DNA from: Halocafeteria seosinensis | Taxonomy: Eukaryota | Direction: 5' to 3' | Assembly: GCA_001687465.1 (NCBI GenBank) | Contig: LVLI01000172.1 | Coordinates: forward strand, 248,001 to 312,000 | DNA length: 64,000 bases | Part shown: piece by piece, positions 58,266 through 64,000 of the stretch | Layout of the letters: each line of letters opens with the position of its first letter | Position numbering within the stretch: position 1 is the stretch's first letter | Notes under the pieces: generated by a model | The model's database searches: none | What the model was told of the DNA's origin: nothing | The model's input: only the letters and a program-made list of their open reading frames with translations | Program-made: the position numbers and the translations under genes

Positions 58266-60719
58266 ATGGCTTCCACTTCACCTCTATTATTTCGCTTAGA
58301 CATTGGGATTTCAGAGAATCAGCGTGAAATTCTAGATGTATACTCGGGGATTGATCCGCACGATGCGGCGCACCGATTTGCCGTCGCGCATGGCTTATCG
58401 GAGGATATTGAGTCGAAACTTGCCACCATGATTCACGAGCGTTTACGGCTTCATTATGCTGAAAAAGGACGAAGCGACTTTTCACCGGCGAGTAGCGCTT
58501 CTCAGAAAAGTAGCAGTCGTGGTCCGAAGGCGAATTTGGAACGCTCGAATGATTCAGGAAACAGCAGAGCTGACCAACGGGCGACAAGTGCACGGTCTGC
58601 CAACACACCAGATCACGTTGAAGAGAGTGATGACCGTCAAGAGTACACAGAACAACAGTTGAACGGAAGCGCAACAACGATGGAAAGTTTCCACCGTCAC
58701 GATTCGTTCGAAGACGATAGCAGCCGCTCTACTGCACGAAGATTGTCCCTTTCGAGTAATGTGGTGGGCGAAGCTGTCCCCGAAACTTCGTTCCAGTCGC
58801 ACAATCTGGAGACGCCTTCCATGGGTACTGCACATCCGGAAATTGTGGAAGAGGAAAAAATAGAGAAGAAACAAGTCCCATTCGCTGCAGGATCAGACTC
58901 TGCTAGGACAGTCCAGGAACCAATCGCTGGCGAGGAAGAAGATACTGAGTCTATGAAAGCAATCTTAGACCTTAGTGGCAAAAACCTGACTGACTGTAGG
59001 CTCCTCCCGTTGCTAAAAGAGTTTCTAGAAGAATGCTATTCTATGGTTTCTCTCGAAAGGAACAAATTGTCGCTGTTTCCTCCCGGAATCGATTCTCAGG
59101 GTTCCGAGAGCGATATTTGTTTGAGGACTCCTTTAGCGAACAAATTACAGATGCTTAATATGTCGCGCAATTCACTCCGAGGGATATCTTTGGAGGCATT
59201 TCCCTCTTTAAAGACGCTCTATCTCAACCACAACAGTTTAAGCGACTTATCCGGATTACACGTGTGCAGCAATTTATCTCATTTGTTTCTAGCCCATAAC
59301 GACCTGGAAGAGGTCTTCGGCTTGGAGGAATTGATGAATTTGAAGGTGCTAGATATTAGTTACAACCATATTGAATCCGTGGATGGCATAAACTGTCTGG
59401 CGGTAAACAAGAACTTGCAAACATTGCGGATGCACGGCAACCCAATTTGCACGAGGATAACTCCTGCGAAGTACAGAGCACTTGTACTGAACAAGCTGCC
59501 TCAAGTACGTACGCTTGATGGGTTTAAAAGAGAGGAAGGAAGAGAAGACAACACTAAGGAAGAAGCGAATACCGACGAAAACGAAGAAGATTCAACCGCT
59601 GGTGTTGCCATTCTACAAACCCAGGTCAGAGACAGTGCCGACAAAGCCCCAGAAGGCAAGACCGAGCCGTTTCCTAAAGCGGGCTTTGGACAATTACCTT
59701 CGGAGCAGCAGTCGTCAACACCACAAGAATCTGCTCGTCAACTAGCCGAAACCATATTCTTTTGTACGCCATCCAACAAAACCTCCACGAATGGGTCGGC
59801 CCTAAGTGGGATAGTACCTGCGGAGCATGCTTCGAAGTACGCTGCGAAGGAACTCGCGGAGTCAATTGTAAACTCCGGTAAATATTCACGATCCAAAAGT
59901 GCAACTGGGCGTGCCACTACTCGACCGGTCTCCTTGGCCACTGAGGAAACGAATTCCTATACAGCCAAATTCAACAAAGCTAGACGACGGACTCCTTCTT
60001 TTCCCGAGTCTCAGTCGCTCGCGGGGTCACACTCATCATCTCGGCGATACAGGTCTTTATCGGCGAGTAGACAAGCTGAACAAGATCGGCTGAGAACGCG
60101 CGGTTGGTCGCCGCGGCAAGAGCGTGTACAGCGGGTCAGAGAGGAAATTGATCCTGACTTGCTTGAAAAGATGTCCAGGACCCAAAGGACAGACGCTGAG
60201 AAGAGTGGAAAATCCACCTTCACCAGAACTACGCGTTCAACAACCCGCTCCAGAGCTCCACGATTCCGTACTGAACAAAGGAGTCTGAGTCGCAGCAGGT
60301 TTTATCCAGCAGATCGCCAATCGAAGGACGAGCTGCCGGCTTTCCGCAAACCATTCGATGATCTATCGACGTCTGCCATGACGAATGAAAAATGGAAATC
60401 AATGCTTCGGAGGGATCGAGTGGGCCGCCGTAGGATCCCCAAGCATGTCGACTCAGAAAACAGAGCCCACCCTGATAGAGCACATATGTTCTCCGATTTC
60501 CAGCCGGAATTGTTCCGACGGAACCCTCCCTCAATGCATCAGAACACGGAAAATACTAGAGACAGTTCATCGCAGCCAGTACAGGATATTATTAAGGCGT
60601 TGATTGCTGGCAAGAAGGCAGCTCTCGACAAACTTCAAAGTAGACGTCCCTCTGCATCGTCAGATAACGCAACTGCCTATCGAAATTACCTTTCAAAATC
60701 GTTATCAGGTGTAGCGTAA
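58266..60719 (+). CDS. SDS22-type leucine-rich-repeat protein with disordered C-terminus
   Basis: LRRs LKTLYLNHNSLSDLSGL and LKVLDISYNHIESVDGI, LRR cap GNPIC...YRALVLNKLPQVRTLDG. Confidence 0.82.
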   Translation: MASTSPLLFRLDIGISENQREILDVYSGIDPHDAAHRFAVAHGLSEDIESKLATMIHERLRLHYAEKGRSDFSPASSASQKSSSRGPKANLERSNDSGNSRADQRATSARSANTPDHVEESDDRQEYTEQQLNGSATTMESFHRHDSFEDDSSRSTARRLSLSSNVVGEAVPETSFQSHNLETPSMGTAHPEIVEEEKIEKKQVPFAAGSDSARTVQEPIAGEEEDTESMKAILDLSGKNLTDCRLLPLLKEFLEECYSMVSLERNKLSLFPPGIDSQGSESDICLRTPLANKLQMLNMSRNSLRGISLEAFPSLKTLYLNHNSLSDLSGLHVCSNLSHLFLAHNDLEEVFGLEELMNLKVLDISYNHIESVDGINCLAVNKNLQTLRMHGNPICTRITPAKYRALVLNKLPQVRTLDGFKREEGREDNTKEEANTDENEEDSTAGVAILQTQVRDSADKAPEGKTEPFPKAGFGQLPSEQQSSTPQESARQLAETIFFCTPSNKTSTNGSALSGIVPAEHASKYAAKELAESIVNSGKYSRSKSATGRATTRPVSLATEETNSYTAKFNKARRRTPSFPESQSLAGSHSSSRRYRSLSASRQAEQDRLRTRGWSPRQERVQRVREEIDPDLLEKMSRTQRTDAEKSGKSTFTRTTRSTTRSRAPRFRTEQRSLSRSRFYPADRQSKDELPAFRKPFDDLSTSAMTNEKWKSMLRRDRVGRRRIPKHVDSENRAHPDRAHMFSDFQPELFRRNPPSMHQNTENTRDSSSQPVQDIIKALIAGKKAALDKLQSRRPSASSDNATAYRNYLSKSLSGVA

Positions 60720-62262
60720 GCATCTGTTGGAGGTGTTGCGTTTTCATGAAATCGCTGAACGATTGGAAGAAACTCATCCTGAGCAGCATCTGGTAGCTCG
60801 AAGCCCAAATGCAAGGGCGAAGTCGGGTAGTTATTGGTGCCAGAGAAAGTGCCAACCGAATCAAATACTTTCCACAGGTAGAGGCAAGCCTTGAATGCAG
60901 AGAAAGCAGTCTCGTTGTCACTGGTTCTTCTGACCTCAACAACGCCTGTTGTTTTGTCAATACGAACGACCATAGGACGAATCAATCGAGGGTCATAATG
61001 CAGTTTGTAAGAAGAATCAGTCATCTGCCGCTGGTCAATTCCCGCTTGCAGTCTTTGCTTGAGCTCTTTGACAGGTTCAGGAACTGTAACTGAGCTTGTT
61101 TCAGGAGCCGATATTGGATAAAAAGCTTCATTTTCACCACTAGAATTGTGTCTCCTAGATGCTAAACAAGCGCTCACGTGGAGTGATCGACCCATAAAGC
61201 CAGAGCTGGCAACTGCAAACGGGTTGTGATTTCGTGAGTTGAAAATACTTGCATTAGATGTAGACTGCCGCTTAGAAAGTAATGATGAAGAATCTTCCTC
61301 CATTCGTTGGGCAGCCGATGGATGGTTGCCGGATTGTCCTGCGGACAAGTAATCTTCCCTTGGCAGTCGTGACGGACTTCTTCGGGATGAGTAGCGGTGT
61401 GCTTTCGAACCGCTTCTACTCGCATTAATTCCTTCGATTTTCGGTGTAGGCGGTGACAAAAGACCTTGGTTAGCCATTTCCGCGTAAGAATACGCATACG
61501 CTGCCAGTTGTAGCCCGTAAGAGTGGTGAACCCAGTTCGAAGTCTTGAAATCAAGCACGTACAACTGTCATCATAAAAAAACAAACAAACAACTCATATT
61601 TTCAGAACTGGGTACGACAATGTACGATAAACGTTTGGCTAACTTACGTATCCCTCTGCATCGGTTGCTATGGCATCCAAGGACCCAGCATATCCGTACG
61701 CCTTACTGTAGACCGTAGTGTCCCCAGCATAGTGTAGTTTCAATCCTGAATTAGCGTGCCATTTCTGGAACCCTTCTACTACAGTGCGAATGTCATCGGT
61801 AATTGTTGGCTCTACTCCTCGAATTATCTTATCAATGGCAGCGTGTGCTCTGGTACCCAAATCCGCGCTTTGTACCTTGATATCTTCAGGTCGACTTTCG
61901 GCTTTGCTGAGTGTGTCCTCCAGCCATTCCTTCGTAAATTTCTGTACAGGAGGGGCTTTTCAGTTGCTTGTGTCAAATTGACCGGGCATGATTCGGAATT
62001 CCACTTACAGCGTCTTCCCCATGTTTTTGAAATTCATTGCGGACAACTTCCAGAGATTGTTTGACAGCCCATGGAACCAATCCTCCTTTGTCTAGCACAT
62101 TCAACACTGCGCCAAGAGCCTCCTAGTGCAAAACCAGGCACACACGGAGATAATTTAAACACCAATGACCGTACCTGAAGTGACACTCGGGTACTTTGCG
62201 CCTCCGATCTGATACAGCCGGGAACCCTTCTCAAACATGCGCTTGATAGTCGGGGACGCCAT
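60686..62262 (-). CDS. PD-(D/E)xK exonuclease (MGME1/phage exonuclease-like)
   Basis: Exons 62262-62175, 62106-62009, 61941-61648, 61564-60686 give YPSVTSVL..LDK..L..W, GTRAHAAID, YGYAGSLDAI, VLDFKTS and YGLQLAAY. The true 5' end is uncertain. Confidence 0.82.
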
Positions 62263-62577
62263 TTCGGGGTGGCTCTCTCCTCGAAGACTGAAACTTCGCG
62301 AATGGTCTCAATGGACAAGGGCAACTACTGTGTGCTCTTGCTGTACCAAAATCCATATTCGCAACAACACGGAGAGCCATAATAAAACTTCTTCCTAAAT
62401 GAGAAGTCGACGAAAACATTGACGCCTTCGAAACCTCAATTATGGCAGTGCGTCGTCACAATCGTGTATGAATCAAGGGTTCGGAATCTTAATAATTACG
62501 CTCGTTAGAAAGACTCCGCGGTTTCCAAAGGTGCGAACGTCGTCTATCGTTGCGGATTTGTACAGCGGAAGCGCAGA

Positions 62578-63302
62578 ATGTCGTTGTTCCACGGGCTCGC
62601 ACGCCGAGCGACAGCTTCGTTGTTGTCTTCAGGACGGCACACACTGAGACAGAGGATACATGGTGGACCATTGAGGCCCAATGAGACTGCTTTGCCAAAT
62701 TCCGTCAGTGAGCAATTTTACTTGAAAGCAGGCAGCAGAGCATTCGTGTCGGCGGCGGTATGTGACAATGTGGAGAACATGCCGAACTGGGATACTTTAC
62801 TTCTTCTTGCCTTGTATGATGTGATTAATTGATGCAGAACTCTTCTGATCGTCCGTTTAAGATTTTGGGCGTCCAACAAATTGCGGTGGGAAGCACTGAC
62901 AAGGAAAAACTTCGCGCACTATGGGTGGACAAGCTGGGACTGACAATGGAATCCAACTATAGAAGCGAGAAGGAAAATGTCGATGAAGATATTCTCCGAA
63001 TTGGAGAAGGTCCAACGGCTGTGGAGGTAGACATCATGCAACCTATAGATCCTGAGAAGGCACCTAAGGTTCATAATCCTCCGTTGAACCATTTTGGGCT
63101 GTGGGTGGACGATTTGCCGAAAGCATACGAGTGGTTGCAGCAACAGGGTGTGCGTTTCGCTCCTGGGGGAATTAGGAAGGGTGGTGGTGGTCATGATGTT
63201 GCCTTTATTCATCCCAAAGGAAATGAGGAATACCCGCTCTCCGGCCAAGGAGTCTTGATTGAATTGGTGCAAGCTCCGGAGGAGGTCCGTCAACTGAGAT
63301 AA
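62578..63302 (+). CDS. VOC/glyoxalase-superfamily enzyme, methylmalonyl-CoA epimerase-like, with mitochondrial-type presequence
   Basis: Exons 62578-62757 and 62838-63302. [39 protein letters not shown] and GVLIELVQ. Confidence 0.85.
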
Positions 63303-64000
63303 GTTTTCACTCAACGGAACAATTTCAGTGCCACCACGGTCGATGCTCTTTACAGATGATGATGTAAATCTACATATTGCCCCGTTAATGACAAGTAACT
63401 GACATCAAGAAGTTCGTAGACTCTATGCCAGCATATTCATCTTGACCAGGCATTGTGAAATCCGCCGTCGTCGTATCCCTAGTTGGAAAGCATGATTCTA
63501 TTGCTTAATTTAGATATTGATATAAATTGCTAGCTCCACAATACTTAAGTTGCAAGTCGAGAATCGGGATTCTAGCTTCCTGACGTCCTCGAGAAGGTTA
63601 GGACTCGGCTTGAGACAGTGGCTTCCTGGATCCCCTTCTATCACTTCATATACTGCATCATGTTTGTTTGTAAAATTACCACCTACGAGTGGGGACATCT
63701 TTCCTCCCGTCCTCCCGGAGGCTGTCAGAACTTGGTTTTCCTTGCTCGATGCGGAAAAGCCGTGACCAGCTCTGCTGCGTTGAGCGGAAGGGAGTCTTTG
63801 CTACGTATACGGTTTTGTTGGCCTCTTGAGTTCCCAGTATCTATTCCATTGGTAGGAAGAATTCATACTGCAAGCAATAGGGGGCATTGATTCCTGTGGA
63901 CAAAGCAGAGGTTTTCTTAAGGAAGTGTCTGTTGCGTGTAGTATTAACCTCGTTGGACATACGACCGGCTGTAGGGGGGACGAAAGAACATGCATGTGTC

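Noticed and set aside
63355..63406. ATGATGA...CTGA with a short terminal stem as a C/D snoRNA
   Set aside because: Only ~50 nt, within the likely 3' UTR of the VOC gene, and no guide recognised.
63510..64000. Possible 3' end of a gene entering from beyond the window
   Set aside because: Only short ORFs with no recognisable similarity; cannot be supported from this window.

Overview
Compact, gene-dense eukaryotic nuclear DNA with short GT-AG introns (mostly ~55-105 nt). An OFD1-like centriolar gene suggests a flagellated protist; the species cannot be fixed from sequence alone. About 18 protein-coding genes are supported: an HSA/SNF2/SANT (SWR1/p400-like) protein with degenerate ATPase motifs, GCDH, RBM19/MRD1, a Tudor-like/TPR/HAD acid phosphatase fusion, a coiled-coil orphan, OFD1, a C1orf52-like protein, an LRR dual-specificity phosphatase, HSP101/ClpB, DHCR7/DWF5, a TPR protein, two paralogous large repeat membrane proteins, a YkgJ-type CxxCxxCC protein, a SAM-SLC6 fusion, a CDV3-like/MA3 protein, an LRR protein, a PD-(D/E)xK exonuclease and a VOC/MCE-like enzyme. 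The most striking item is the tandem, intronless paralog pair at 38779-49791. One gene carries ~26 copies of a 37-aa 'AIxHVHKAQVYGxLxxYI' repeat whose spacing matches Sfi1 centrin-binding repeats. Both share short N-terminal motifs, two transmembrane helices and an Arg/Ser-rich tail, suggesting an undescribed membrane-anchored filament system (inference). No rRNA, tRNA, CRISPR array or intact transposon was recognised. All family calls come from motif recognition by eye, not database searches.
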